Assembly: GCA_002269645.1 (NCBI GenBank)
Contig: NIVC01000807.1
Span: 1 to 64,000 of the forward strand
From: Macrostomum lignano
Taxonomy: Eukaryota
Reading direction: 5' to 3'
Length of the DNA: 64,000 nucleotides
Shown here piece after piece: positions 34,861 through 50,700 of this stretch (position 1 is the first letter of the stretch; every line of letters begins with the position of its first letter). Under the pieces are notes generated by a model. It searched no databases and was not told the origin of the DNA. It saw nothing but the letters and a program-made list of their open reading frames with translations. A program made the position numbers and the translations under genes.

Positions 34861-34902
34861 TATTCGATTCAATTTTCTCTGGTTTATGATATCAGAGGCT
34901 CG

Positions 34903-35187
34903 CGCTGGCCCAGCAACTGAGGATCTGGGAGGCTGGCCCAGCAACTGAGGATCTGGGAGACTGGCCCAGCAACTGAGGATCTGGGAGACTGGCCCAGCAA
35001 CTGAGGATCTGGGAGGTTAGCCTAGCAACTGAGGATCTGGGAGACTGGCCCAGCAACTGAGGATCTGGGAGACTGGCCCAGCAACTGAGGATCTGGGAGG
35101 CTGGCCCAGCAACTGAGGATCTGGGAGGCTGGCCCAGCAACTGAGGATCTGGGAGGCTGGCCCAGCAACTGAGGATCTGGGAGGCTA
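34903..35187. repeat. 28-bp tandem repeat (CTGGCCCAGCAACTGAGGATCTGGGAGG), about 10 copies
   Basis: Period 28 read directly. Confidence 0.93.
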
Positions 35188-35739
35188 GCGGTCGAAATCT
35201 GAAGACATGGGAGGGCGACGGCTAAGCTTGAAGATTAGAAAATGCTGCATATTAACATCTGGAAGTCCTTACTACCAGACTTTGACAACCAGACTTTGAC
35301 CAAGAAGCAAAGGCCGCTCGAGTCCATTTTTAGCAGCAAAAAAATAACTGCAAAGCGTGTCCCCATGTCACCCGCAGAAAGCTGAGCGACGGAAGCAACT
35401 GACTCCATTCAAGTTGGCGAATTCCATTCAAGAATGAAAATCTACAAGCCAAGCCATTCCAGGACAAGACTGGCTGGCAGAGCTATAAATAAAAATCAGA
35501 AGAGAAAACCGCTGCAGGCGCACTGATGCATGTCAGAAATAGCCGGAAACTCGCCAAAGAAAAAGTTCTTAGAAAATTTCCAGGAAAAGCATGCCGAGAT
35601 GGCAAAGGAAGAAAGGATCAACTAACAAGAAAAAAGTTTTTCCTAAAAATAGACTCACTCACTTAAGTCACAAAGTTAAGCGGAAGGAAAGATTGAGAAA
35701 ATGTAGACGAGGATAGTTGGCATTCTACTTGCCCCAAGC

Positions 35740-38700
35740 AAACTAGAAACTTCCCACACAAACTAGAAACTTCCCACTCCAAACTAGAAACTTCCCACAC
35801 AAACTAGAAACTTCCCACTCCAAACTAGAAACTTCCCACACAAACTAGAAACTTCCCACTCCAAACTAGAAACTTCCCACACAAACTAGAAACTTCCCAC
35901 ACAAACTAGAAACTTCCCACACAAACTAGAAACTTCCCACACAAACTAGAAACTTCCCACACAAACTAGAAACTTTCCACACAAACTAGAAACTTCCCAC
36001 ACAAACTAGAAACTTCCACACAAACTAGAAACTTCCCACACAAACTAGAAACTTTCCACACAAACTAGAAACTTCCCACACAAACTAGAAACTTCCCACA
36101 CAAACTAGAAACTTCCGCACAAACTAGAAACTTCCCACACAAACTAGAAACTTCCCACACAAACTAGAAACTTCCCACACAAACTAGAAACTTCCTACTC
36201 AAACTAGAAACTTCCCACACAAACTAGAAACTTCCCACACAAACTAGAAACTTCCCACACAAACTAGAAACTTCCTAATCAAACTAGAAACTTCCCACAC
36301 AAACTAGAAACTTCCCACTCAAACTAGAAGCTTCCCACACAAACTAGAAACTTCCCACACAAACTAGAAACTTCCCACACAAACTAGAAACTTCCGCACG
36401 AACTAGAAACTTCCCACACAAACTAGAAACTTCCCACACAAACTAGAAACTTCCCACACAAACTAGAAACTTCCCACACAAACTAGAAACTTCCGCACGA
36501 ACTAGAAACTTCCCACACAAACTAGAAACTTCCCACACAAACTAGAAACTTCCCACACAAACTAGAAACTTCCCACACAAACTAGAAACTTCCCACACAA
36601 ACTAGAAACTTCCCACACAAACTAGAAACTTTCCACACAAACTAGAAACTTGCCACACAAACTGGAAACTTGCCACTTAAACTGTAAACTTTCCACACAA
36701 ACTAGAAACTTGCCACTCAAACTAGAAACTTGCGACTCAAACTAGAAACTTCCCACACAAACTGGAAACTTGCCACTCAAACTAGAAACTTCCCACACAA
36801 ACTAGAAGCTTCCCACACAAACTAGAAACTTTCCACACAAACTAGAAACTTTCCACACAAACTAGAAACTTCCTACTCAAACTAGAAACTTTCCACACAA
36901 ACTAGAAACTTCCTACTCAAACTAGAAACTTCCCACACAAACTAGAAACTTCCCACACAAACTAGAAACTTCCCACACAAACTAGAAACTTCCCACACAA
37001 ACTAGAAACTTTCCACACAAACTAGAAACTTCCGCACAAACTAGAAACTTCCCACACAAACTAGAAACTTCCCACACAAACTAGAAACTTCCTACTCAAA
37101 CTAGAAACTTCCCACACAAACTAGAAACTTCCACAAACTAGAAACTTCCACACAAACTAGAAACTTGCGACTCAAACTAGAAACTTCCCACACAAACTAG
37201 AAACTTCCCACTCAAACTAGAAACTTCCCACACAAACTAGAAACTTCCACACAAACTAGAAACTTCCACACAAACTAGAAACTTCCACTCAAACTAGAAA
37301 CTTCCACACAAACTAGAAACTTCCACACAAACTAGAAACTTCCACTCAAACTAGAAACTTCCCACACAAACTAGAAACTTCCCACACAAACTAGAAACTT
37401 CCACACAAACTAGAAACTTCCCACACAAACTAGAAACTTCCACACAAACTAGAAACTTCCACTCAAACTAGAAACTTCCCACACAAACTAGAAACTTCCA
37501 CACAAACTAGAAACTTCCCACACAAACTAGAAACTTCCCAATCAAACTAGAAACTTCCCACACAAACTAGAAACTTCCCACTCAAACTAGAAACTTCCCA
37601 CACAAACTAGAAACTTCCCACACAAACTAGAAACTTCCCACACAAACTAGAAACTTCCCACACAAACTAGAAACTTCCCACACAAACTAGAAACTTCCCA
37701 CACAAACTAGAAACTTCCGCACAAACTAGAAACTTCCCACACAAACTAGAAACTTCCCACACAAACTAGAAACTTCCCACACAAACTAGAAACTTCCGCA
37801 CAAACTAGAAACTTCCCACACAAACTAGAAACTTCCCACACAAACTAGAAACTTCCCACACAAACTAGAAACTTCCCACACAAACTAGAAACTTCCCACA
37901 CAAACTAGAAACTTCCACACAAACTAGAAACTTCCCACACAAACTAGAAACTTCCCACACAAACTAGAAACTTCCCACACAAACTAGAAACTTCCCACAC
38001 AAACTAGAAACTTCCCACACAAACTAGAAACTTCCCACACAAACTAGAAACTTCCCACACAAACTAGAAACTTCCCACACAAACTAGAAACTTCCCACAC
38101 AAACTAGAAACTTCCCACACAAACTAGAAACTTCCCACACAAACTAGAAACTTCCCACACAAACTAGAAACTTCCCACACAAACTAGAAACTTCCCACAC
38201 AAACTAGAAACTTCCCACACAAACTAGAAACTTCCCACACAAACTAGAAACTTCCCACACAAACTAGAAACTTCCCACACAAACTAGAAACTTCCCACAC
38301 AAACTAGAAACTTCCCACACAAACTAGAAACTTCCCACACAAACTAGAAACTTCCCACACAAACTAGAAACTTCCCACACAAACTAGAAACTTCCACACA
38401 AACTAGAAACTTCCACACAAACTAGAAACTTCCACACAAACTAGAAACTTCCACACAAACTAGAAACTTCCACACAAACTAGAAACTTCCCACACAAACT
38501 AGAAACTTCCCACACAAACTAGAAACTTCCCACACAAACTAGAAACTTCCACACAAACTAGAAACTTCCACACAAACTAGAAACTTCCACACAAACTAGA
38601 AACTTCCACACAAACTAGAAACTTCCACACAAACTAGAAACTTCCACACAAACTAGAAACTTCCCACACAAACTAGAAACTTCCCACACAAACTAGAAAC

Positions 38701-41700
38701 TTCCCACACAAACTAGAAACTTCCACACAAACTAGAAACTTCCACACAAACTAGAAACTTCCCACACAAACTAGAAACTTCCCACACAAACTAGAAACTT
38801 CCCACACAAACTAGAAACTTCCCACACAAACTAGAAACTTCCCACACAAACTAGAAACTTCCACACAAACTAGAAACTTCCACACAAACTAGAAACTTCC
38901 ACACAAACTAGAAACTTCCCACACAAACTAGAAACTTCCCACACAAACTAGAAACTTCCCACACAAACTAGAAACTTCCACACAAACTAGAAACTTCCAC
39001 ACAAACTAGAAACTTCCACACAAACTAGAAACTTCCACACAAACTAGAAACTTCCACACAAACTAGAAACTTCCACACAAACTAGAAACTTCCCACACAA
39101 ACTAGAAACTTCCCACACAAACTAGAAACTTCCCACACAAACTAGAAACTTCCCACACAAACTAGAAACTTCCACACAAACTAGAAACTTCCCACACAAA
39201 CTAGAAACTTCCACACAAACTAGAAACTTCCCACACAAACTAGAAACTTCCCACACAAACTAGAAACTTCCCACACAAACTAGAAACTTCCCACACAAAC
39301 TAGAAACTTCCCACACAAACTAGAAACTTCCCACACAAACTAGAAACTTCCCACACAAACTAGAAACTTCCCACACAAACTAGAAACTTCCCACACAAAC
39401 TAGAAACTTCCCACACAAACTAGAAACTTCCCACACAAACTAGAAACTTCCCACACAAACTAGAAACTTCCCACACAAACTAGAAACTTCCCACACAAAC
39501 TAGAAACTTCCCACACAAACTAGAAACTTCCCACACAAACTAGAAACTTCCCACACAAACTAGAAACTTCCCACACAAACTAGAAACTTCCCACACAAAC
39601 TAGAAACTTCCCACACAAACTAGAAACTTCCCACACAAACTAGAAACTTCCCACACAAACTAGAAACTTCCCACACAAACTAGAAACTTCCCACACAAAC
39701 TAGAAACTTCCCACACAAACTAGAAACTTCCCACACAAACTAGAAACTTCCCACACAAACTAGAAACTTCCCACACAAACTAGAAACTTCCCACACAAAC
39801 TAGAAACTTCCCACACAAACTAGAAACTTCCCACACAAACTAGAAACTTCCCACACAAACTAGAAACTTCCCACACAAACTAGAAACTTCCCACACAAAC
39901 TAGAAACTTCCCACACAAACTAGAAACTTCCCACACAAACTAGAAACTTCCCACACAAACTAGAAACTTCCCACACAAACTAGAAACTTCCCACACAAAC
40001 TAGAAACTTCCCACACAAACTAGAAACTTCCCACACAAACTAGAAACTTCCCACACAAACTAGAAACTTCCCACACAAACTAGAAACTTCCCACACAAAC
40101 TAGAAACTTCCACACAAACTAGAAACTTCCACACAAACTAGAAACTTCCACACAAACTAGAAACTTCCACACAAACTAGAAACTTCCACAAACTAGAAAC
40201 TTCCACACAAACTAGAAACTTCCCACACAAACTAGAAACTTCCACTCAAACTAGAAACTTCCCACACAAACTAGAAACTTCCACACAAACTAGAAACTTC
40301 CACACAAACTAGAAACTTCCACACAAACTAGAAACTTCCACACAAACTAGAAACTTCCACACAAACTAGAAACTTCCCACACAAACTAGAAACTTCCCAC
40401 ACAAACTAGAAACTTCCCACACAAACTAGAAACTTCCCACACAAACTAGAAACTTCCACACAAACTAGAAACTTCCCACACAAACTAGAAACTTCCCACA
40501 CAAACTAGAAACTTCCCACACAAACTAGAAACTTCCCACACAAACTAGAAACTTCCCACACAAACTAGAAACTTCCACACAAACTAGAAACTTCCACACA
40601 AACTAGAAACTTCCACTCAAACTAGAAACTTCCCACACAAACTAGAAACTTCCCACTCAAACTAGAAACTTCCCACACAAACTAGAAACTTCCCACAAAC
40701 TAGAAACTTCCACACAAACTAGAAACTTCCACACAAACTAGAAACTTCCACACAAACTAGAAACTTCCACACAAACTAGAAACTTCCCACACAAACTAGA
40801 AACTTCCCACACAAACTAGAAACTTCCCACACAAACTAGAAACTTCCCACACAAACTAGAAACTTCCCACACAAACTAGAAACTTCCCACACAAACTAGA
40901 AACTTCCCACACAAACTAGAAACTTCCCACACAAACTAGAAACTTCCCACACAAACTAGAAACTTCCCACACAAACTAGAAACTTCCCACACAAACTAGA
41001 AACTTCCCACACAAACTAGAAACTTCCCACACAAACTAGAAACTTCCCACACAAACTAGAAACTTCCCACACAAACTAGAAACTTCCCACACAAACTAGA
41101 AACTTCCCACACAAACTAGAAACTTCCCACACAAACTAGAAACTTCCCACACAAACTAGAAACTTCCCACACAAACTAGAAACTTCCCACACAAACTAGA
41201 AACTTCCCACACAAACTAGAAACTTCCCACACAAACTAGAAACTTCCCACACAAACTAGAAACTTCCCACACAAACTAGAAACTTCCCACACAAACTAGA
41301 AACTTCCCACACAAACTAGAAACTTCCCACACAAACTAGAAACTTCCCACACAAACTAGAAACTTCCCACACAAACTAGAAACTTCCCACAAACTAGAAA
41401 CTTCCCACACAAACTAGAAACTTCCCACACAAACTAGAAACTTCCCACACAAACTAGAAACTTCCCACACAAACTAGAAACTTCCCACACAAACTAGAAA
41501 CTTCCCACACAAACTAGAAACTTCCCACACAAACTAGAAACTTCCCACACAAACTAGAAACTTCCCACACAAACTAGAAACTTCCCACACAAACTAGAAA
41601 CTTCCCACACAAACTAGAAACTTCCCACACAAACTAGAAACTTCCCACACAAACTAGAAACTTCCCACACAAACTAGAAACTTCCCACACAAACTAGAAA

Positions 41701-44700
41701 CTTCCCACACAAACTAGAAACTTCCACACAAACTAGAAACTTCCACACAAACTAGAAACTTCCACACAAACTAGAAACTTCCACACAAACTAGAAACTTC
41801 CACAAACTAGAAACTTCCACACAAACTAGAAACTTCCCACACAAACTAGAAACTTCCACCAAACTAGAAACTTCCCACACAAACTAGAAACTTCCCACAC
41901 AAACTAGAAACTTCCACACAAACTAGAAACTTCCACACAAACTAGAAACTTCCACACAAACTAGAAACTTCCACACAAACTAGAAACTTCCACACAAACT
42001 AGAAACTTCCCACACAAACTAGAAACTTCCCACACAAACTAGAAACTTCCCACACAAACTAGAAACTTCCCACACAAACTAGAAACTTCCCACACAAACT
42101 AGAAACTTCCCACACAAACTAGAAACTTCCCACACAAACTAGAAACTTCCCACAAACTAGAAACTTCCCACACAAACTAGAAACTTCCCACACAAACTAG
42201 AAACTTCCACAAACTAGAAACTTCCCACACAAACTAGAAACTTCCCACACAAACTAGAAACTTCCCACACAAACTAGAAACTTCCCACACAAACTAGAAA
42301 CTTCCCACACAAACTAGAAACTTCCCACACAAACTAGAAACTTCCACACAAACTAGAAACTTCCACACAAACTAGAAACTTCCACACAAACTAGAAACTT
42401 CCACAAACTAGAAACTTCCACACAAACTAGAAACTTCCCACACAAACTAGAAACTTCCACACAAACTAGAAACTTCCCACACAAACTAGAAACTTCCCAC
42501 ACAAACTAGAAACTTCCCACACAAACTAGAAACTTCCCACACAAACTAGAAACTTCCCACACAAACTAGAAACTTCCCACACAAACTAGAAACTTCCCAC
42601 ACAAACTAGAAACTTCCCACACAAACTAGAAACTTCCCACACAAACTAGAAACTTCCCACACAAACTAGAAACTTCCCACACAAACTAGAAACTTCCCAC
42701 ACAAACTAGAAACTTCCCACACAAACTAGAAACTTCCCACACAAACTAGAAACTTCCACACAAACTAGAAACTTCCACACAAACTAGAAACTTCCACACA
42801 AACTAGAAACTTCCACACAAACTAGAAACTTCCACACAAACTAGAAACTTCCACACAAACTAGAAACTTCCCACACAAACTAGAAACTTCCACACAAACT
42901 AGAAACTTCCCACACAAACTAGAAACTTCCACACAAACTAGAAACTTCCCACACAAACTAGAAACTTCCCACACAAACTAGAAACTTCCACACAAACTAG
43001 AAACTTCCACACAAACTAGAAACTTCCCACACAAACTAGAAACTTCCCACACAAACTAGAAACTTCCCACACAAACTAGAAACTTCCCACAAACTAGAAA
43101 CTTCCCACACAAACTAGAAACTTCCCACACAAACTAGAAACTTCCCACACAAACTAGAAACTTCCCACACAAACTAGAAACTTCCCACACAAACTAGAAA
43201 CTTCCCACACAAACTAGAAACTTCCCACACAAACTAGAAACTTCCCACACAAACTAGAAACTTCCCACACAAACTAGAAACTTCCCACACAAACTAGAAA
43301 CTTCCCACACAAACTAGAAACTTCCCACACAAACTAGAAACTTCCCACACAAACTAGAAACTTCCCACACAAACTAGAAACTTCCCACACAAACTAGAAA
43401 CTTCCCACACAAACTAGAAACTTCCCACAAAACTAGAAACTTCCCACACAAACTAGAAACTTCCCACACAAACTAGAAACTTCCCACACAAACTAGAAAC
43501 TTCCCACACAAACTAGAAACTTCCCACACAAACTAGAAACTTCCCACACAAACTAGAAACTTCCCACACAAACTAGAAACTTCCCACACAAACTAGAAAC
43601 TTCCCACACAAACTAGAAACTTCCCACACAAACTAGAAACTTCCACACAAACTAGAAACTTCCACACAAACTAGAAACTTCCACACAAACTAGAAACTTC
43701 CACACAAACTAGAAACTTCCACAAACTAGAAACTTCCCACACAAACTAGAAACTTCCCACAAACTAGAAACTTCCACACAAACTAGAAACTTCCCACACA
43801 AACTAGAAACTTCCACACAAACTAGAAACTTCCACACAAACTAGAAACTTCCACACAAACTAGAAACTTCCACACAAACTAGAAACTTCCCACACAAACT
43901 AGAAACTTCCACACAAACTAGAAACTTCCCACACAAACTAGAAACTTCCCACACAAACTAGAAACTTCCCACACAAACTAGAAACTTCCCACACAAACTA
44001 GAAACTTCCCACACAAACTAGAAACTTCCACACAAACTAGAAACTTCCCACACAAACTAGAAACTTCCCACACAAACTAGAAACTTCCCACACAAACTAG
44101 AAACTTCCCACACAAACTAGAAACTTCCCACACAAACTAGAAACTTCCCACACAAACTAGAAACTTCCCACACAAACTAGAAACTTCCCACACAAACTAG
44201 AAACTTCCCACACAAACTAGAAACTTCCCACACAAACTAGAAACTTCCCACACAAACTAGAAACTTCCCACACAAACTAGAAACTTCCCACACAAACTAG
44301 AAACTTCCCACACAAACTAGAAACTTCCCACACAAACTAGAAACTTCCCACACAAACTAGAAACTTCCCACACAAACTAGAAACTTCCCACACAAACTAG
44401 AAACTTCCCACACAAACTAGAAACTTCCCACACAAACTAGAAACTTCCACACAAACTAGAAACTTCCACACAAACTAGAAACTTCCACACAAACTAGAAA
44501 CTTCCACACAAACTAGAAACTTCCACACAAACTAGAAACTTCCACAAACTAGAAACTTCCACACAAACTAGAAACTTCCCACACAAACTAGAAACTTCCA
44601 CACAAACTAGAAACTTCCCACACAAACTAGAAACTTCCACACAAACTAGAAACTTCCACACAAACTAGAAACTTCCACACAAACTAGAAACTTCCACACA

Positions 44701-47700
44701 AACTAGAAACTTCCACACAAACTAGAAACTTCCCACACAAACTAGAAACTTCCCACACAAACTAGAAACTTCCACACAAACTAGAAACTTCCCACACAAA
44801 CTAGAAACTTCCACACAAACTAGAAACTTCCACACAAACTAGAAACTTCCCACACAAACTAGAAACTTCCCACACAAACTAGAAACTTCCCACAAACTAG
44901 AAACTTCCCACACAAACTAGAAACTTCCCACACAAACTAGAAACTTCCCACACAAACTAGAAACTTCCCACACAAACTAGAAACTTCCCACACAAACTAG
45001 AAACTTCCACACAAACTAGAAACTTCCCACACAAACTAGAAACTTCCCACACAAACTAGAAACTTCCACACAAACTAGAAACTTCCCACAAACTAGAAAC
45101 TTCCCACACAAACTAGAAACTTCCCACACAAACTAGAAACTTCCCACACAAACTAGAAACTTCCCACACAAACTAGAAACTTCCCACACAAACTAGAAAC
45201 TTCCCACACAAACTAGAAACTTCCCACACAAACTAGAAACTTCCCACACAAACTAGAAACTTCCCACACAAACTAGAAACTTCCCACACAAACTAGAAAC
45301 TTCCCACACAAACTAGAAACTTCCCACACAAACTAGAAACTTCCCACACAAACTAGAAACTTCCCACACAAACTAGAAACTTCCCACACAAACTAGAAAC
45401 TTCCCACACAAACTAGAAACTTCCCACACAAACTAGAAACTTCCCACACAAACTAGAAACTTCCCACACAAACTAGAAACTTCCCACACAAACTAGAAAC
45501 TTCCCACACAAACTAGAAACTTCCCACACAAACTAGAAACTTCCCACACAAACTAGAAACTTCCCACACAAACTAGAAACTTCCCACACAAACTAGAAAC
45601 TTCCCACACAAACTAGAAACTTCCCACACAAACTAGAAACTTCCCACACAAACTAGAAACTTCCCACACAAACTAGAAACTTCCCACACAAACTAGAAAC
45701 TTCCCACACAAACTAGAAACTTCCCACACAAACTAGAAACTTCCCACACAAACTAGAAACTTCCCACACAAACTAGAAACTTCCCACACAAACTAGAAAC
45801 TTCCCACACAAACTAGAAACTTCCCACACAAACTAGAAACTTCCACACAAACTAGAAACTTCCACACAAACTAGAAACTTCCACACAAACTAGAAACTTC
45901 CACACAAACTAGAAACTTCCACACAAACTAGAAACTTCCACAAACTAGAAACTTCCCACACAAACTAGAAACTTCCCACACAAACTAGAAACTTCCCACA
46001 CAAACTAGAAACTTCCCACACAAACTAGAAACTTCCACACAAACTAGAAACTTCCACACAAACTAGAAACTTCCACACAAACTAGAAACTTCCACACAAA
46101 CTAGAAACTTCCACACAAACTAGAAACTTCCACACAAACTAGAAACTTCCACACAAACTAGAAACTTCCCACACAAACTAGAAACTTCCCACACAAACTA
46201 GAAACTTCCCACACAAACTAGAAACTTCCCACACAAACTAGAAACTTCCCACACAAACTAGAAACTTCCCACACAAACTAGAAACTTCCCACAAACTAGA
46301 AACTTCCCACACAAACTAGAAACTTCCCACACAAACTAGAAACTTCCCACACAAACTAGAAACTTCCCACACAAACTAGAAACTTCCCACACAAACTAGA
46401 AACTTCCCACACAAACTAGAAACTTCCCACACAAACTAGAAACTTCCCACACAAACTAGAAACTTCCCACAAACTAGAAACTTCCCACACAAACTAGAAA
46501 CTTCCCACACAAACTAGAAACTTCCCACACAAACTAGAAACTTCCCACACAAACTAGAAACTTCCCACACAAACTAGAAACTTCCCACACAAACTAGAAA
46601 CTTCCCACACAAACTAGAAACTTCCCACACAAACTAGAAACTTCCCACACAAACTAGAAACTTCCCACACAAACTAGAAACTTCCCACACAAACTAGAAA
46701 CTTCCCACACAAACTAGAAACTTCCACACAAACTAGAAACTTCCCACACAAACTAGAAACTTCCACACAAACTAGAAACTTCCACACAAACTAGAAACTT
46801 CCACACAAACTAGAAACTTCCCACACAAACTAGAAACTTCCCACACAAACTAGAAACTTCCCACACAAACTAGAAACTTCCCACACAAACTAGAAACTTC
46901 CACACAAACTAGAAACTTCCCACACAAACTAGAAACTTCCACACAAACTAGAAACTTCCACACAAACTAGAAACTTCCCACACAAACTAGAAACTTCCCA
47001 CACAAACTAGAAACTTCCCACACAAACTAGAAACTTCCCACACAAACTAGAAACTTCCCACACAAACTAGAAACTTCCCACACAAACTAGAAACTTCCCA
47101 CACAAACTAGAAACTTCCCACACAAACTAGAAACTTCCCACACAAACTAGAAACTTCCCACACAAACTAGAAACTTCCCACACAAACTAGAAACTTCCCA
47201 CACAAACTAGAAACTTCCCACACAAACTAGAAACTTCCCACACAAACTAGAAACTTCCCACACAAACTAGAAACTTCCCACACAAACTAGAAACTTCCCA
47301 CACAAACTAGAAACTTCCCACACAAACTAGAAACTTCCCACACAAACTAGAAACTTCCCACACAAACTAGAAACTTCCCACACAAACTAGAAACTTCCCA
47401 CACAAACTAGAAACTTCCCACACAAACTAGAAACTTCCCACACAAACTAGAAACTTCCACACAAACTAGAAACTTCCACACAAACTAGAAACTTCCACAC
47501 AAACTAGAAACTTCCACACAAACTAGAAACTTCCACAAACTAGAAACTTCCCACACAAACTAGAAACTTCCCACACAAACTAGAAACTTCCCACACAAAC
47601 TAGAAACTTCCCACACAAACTAGAAACTTCCACACAAACTAGAAACTTCCACACAAACTAGAAACTTCCACACAAACTAGAAACTTCCACACAAACTAGA

Positions 47701-50700
47701 AACTTCCACACAAACTAGAAACTTCCCACACAAACTAGAAACTTCCCACACAAACTAGAAACTTCCCACACAAACTAGAAACTTCCCACACAAACTAGAA
47801 ACTTCCCACACAAACTAGAAACTTCCCACACAAACTAGAAACTTCCCACACAAACTAGAAACTTCCCACAAACTAGAAACTTCCCACACAAACTAGAAAC
47901 TTCCCACACAAACTAGAAACTTCCCACACAAACTAGAAACTTCCCACACAAACTAGAAACTTCCCACACAAACTAGAAACTTCCCACACAAACTAGAAAC
48001 TTCCCACACAAACTAGAAACTTCCCACACAAACTAGAAACTTCCCACACAAACTAGAAACTTCCCACACAAACTAGAAACTTCCCACACAAACTAGAAAC
48101 TTCCCACACAAACTAGAAACTTCCCACACAAACTAGAAACTTCCCACACAAACTAGAAACTTCCCACACAAACTAGAAACTTCCCACACAAACTAGAAAC
48201 TTCCCACACAAACTAGAAACTTCCACACAAACTAGAAACTTCCACACAAACTAGAAACTTCCACACAAACTAGAAACTTCCACACAAACTAGAAACTTCC
48301 ACACAAACTAGAAACTTCCACACAAACTAGAAACTTCCACACAAACTAGAAACTTCCACACAAACTAGAAACTTCCCACACAAACTAGAAACTTCCCACA
48401 CAAACTAGAAACTTCCCACACAAACTAGAAACTTCCACACAAACTAGAAACTTCCCACACAAACTAGAAACTTCCACACAAACTAGAAACTTCCACACAA
48501 ACTAGAAACTTCCCACACAAACTAGAAACTTCCCACACAAACTAGAAACTTCCCACACAAACTAGAAACTTCCCACACAAACTAGAAACTTCCCACACAA
48601 ACTAGAAACTTCCCACACAAACTAGAAACTTCCCACACAAACTAGAAACTTCCCACACAAACTAGAAACTTCCCACACAAACTAGAAACTTCCCACACAA
48701 ACTAGAAACTTCCCACACAAACTAGAAACTTCCCACACAAACTAGAAACTTCCCACACAAACTAGAAACTTCCCACACAAACTAGAAACTTCCCACACAA
48801 ACTAGAAACTTCCACACAAACTAGAAACTTCCCACACAAACTAGAAACTTCCACACAAACTAGAAACTTCCCACACAAACTAGAAACTTCCCACACAAAC
48901 TAGAAACTTCCCACACAAACTAGAAACTTCCACACAAACTAGAAACTTCCCACACAAACTAGAAACTTCCCACACAAACTAGAAACTTCCCACACAAACT
49001 AGAAACTTCCCACACAAACTAGAAACTTCCCACACAAACTAGAAACTTCCCACACAAACTAGAAACTTCCCACACAAACTAGAAACTTCCCACACAAACT
49101 AGAAACTTCCCACACAAACTAGAAACTTCCCACACAAACTAGAAACTTCCCACACAAACTAGAAACTTCCACACAAACTAGAAACTTCCCACACAAACTA
49201 GAAACTTCCCACACAAACTAGAAACTTCCCACACAAACTAGAAACTTCCACACAAACTAGAAACTTCCACACAAACTAGAAACTTCCCACACAAACTAGA
49301 AACTTCCACACAAACTAGAAACTTCCCACAAACTAGAAACTTCCCACACAAACTAGAAACTTCCCACACAAACTAGAAACTTCCCACACAAACTAGAAAC
49401 TTCCCACACAAACTAGAAACTTCCACACAAACTAGAAACTTCCCACACAAACTAGAAACTTCCCACACAAACTAGAAACTTCCCACACAAACTAGAAACT
49501 TCCCACAAACTAGAAACTTCCCACACAAACTAGAAACTTCCCACACAAACTAGAAACTTCCACACAAACTAGAAACTTCCCACACAAACTAGAAACTTCC
49601 CACACAAACTAGAAACTTCCCACAAAACTAGAAACTTCCCACACAAACTAGAAACTTCCACACAAACTAGAAACTTCCCACAAACTAGAAACTTCCACAC
49701 AAACTAGAAACTTCCACACAAACTAGAAACTTCCCACACAAACTAGAAACTTCCACACAAACTAGAAACTTCCCACACAAACTAGAAACTTCCCACACAA
49801 ACTAGAAACTTCCCACACAAACTAGAAACTTCCCACACAAACTAGAAACTTCCCACACAAACTAGAAACTTCCCACACAAACTAGAAACTTCCCACACAA
49901 ACTAGAAACTTCCCACACAAACTAGAAACTTCCCACACAAACTAGAAACTTCCCACACAAACTAGAAACTTCCCACACAAACTAGAAACTTCCCACACAA
50001 ACTAGAAACTTCCCACACAAACTAGAAACTTCCCACACAAACTAGAAACTTCCCACACAAACTAGAAACTTCCACACAAACTAGAAACTTCCCACACAAA
50101 CTAGAAACTTCCCACACAAACTAGAAACTTCCCACACAAACTAGAAACTTCCCACACAAACTAGAAACTTCCCACACAAACTAGAAACTTCCCACACAAA
50201 CTAGAAACTTCCACACAAACTAGAAACTTCCCACACAAACTAGAAACTTCCCACACAAACTAGAAACTTCCCACACAAACTAGAAACTTCCCACACAAAC
50301 TAGAAACTTCCCACACAAACTAGAAACTTCCCACACAAACTAGAAACTTCCCACACAAACTAGAAACTTCCACACAAACTAGAAACTTCCCACACAAACT
50401 AGAAACTTCCCACACAAACTAGAAACTTCCCACACAAACTAGAAACTTCCCACACAAACTAGAAACTTCCCACACAAACTAGAAACTTCCCACACAAACT
50501 AGAAACTTCCCACACAAACTAGAAACTTCCCACACAAACTAGAAACTTCCCACACAAACTAGAAACTTCCCACACAAACTAGAAACTTCCCACACAAACT
50601 AGAAACTTCCCACACAAACTAGAAACTTCCCACACAAACTAGAAACTTCCCACAAACTAGAAACTTCCCACACAAACTAGAAACTTCCCACACAAACTAG

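Noticed and set aside
35190-35740. Unique 550-bp stretch between two arrays upstream of TAF7
   Set aside because: No ORF or recognisable RNA motif. It may be a promoter or outron but cannot be supported from sequence alone.
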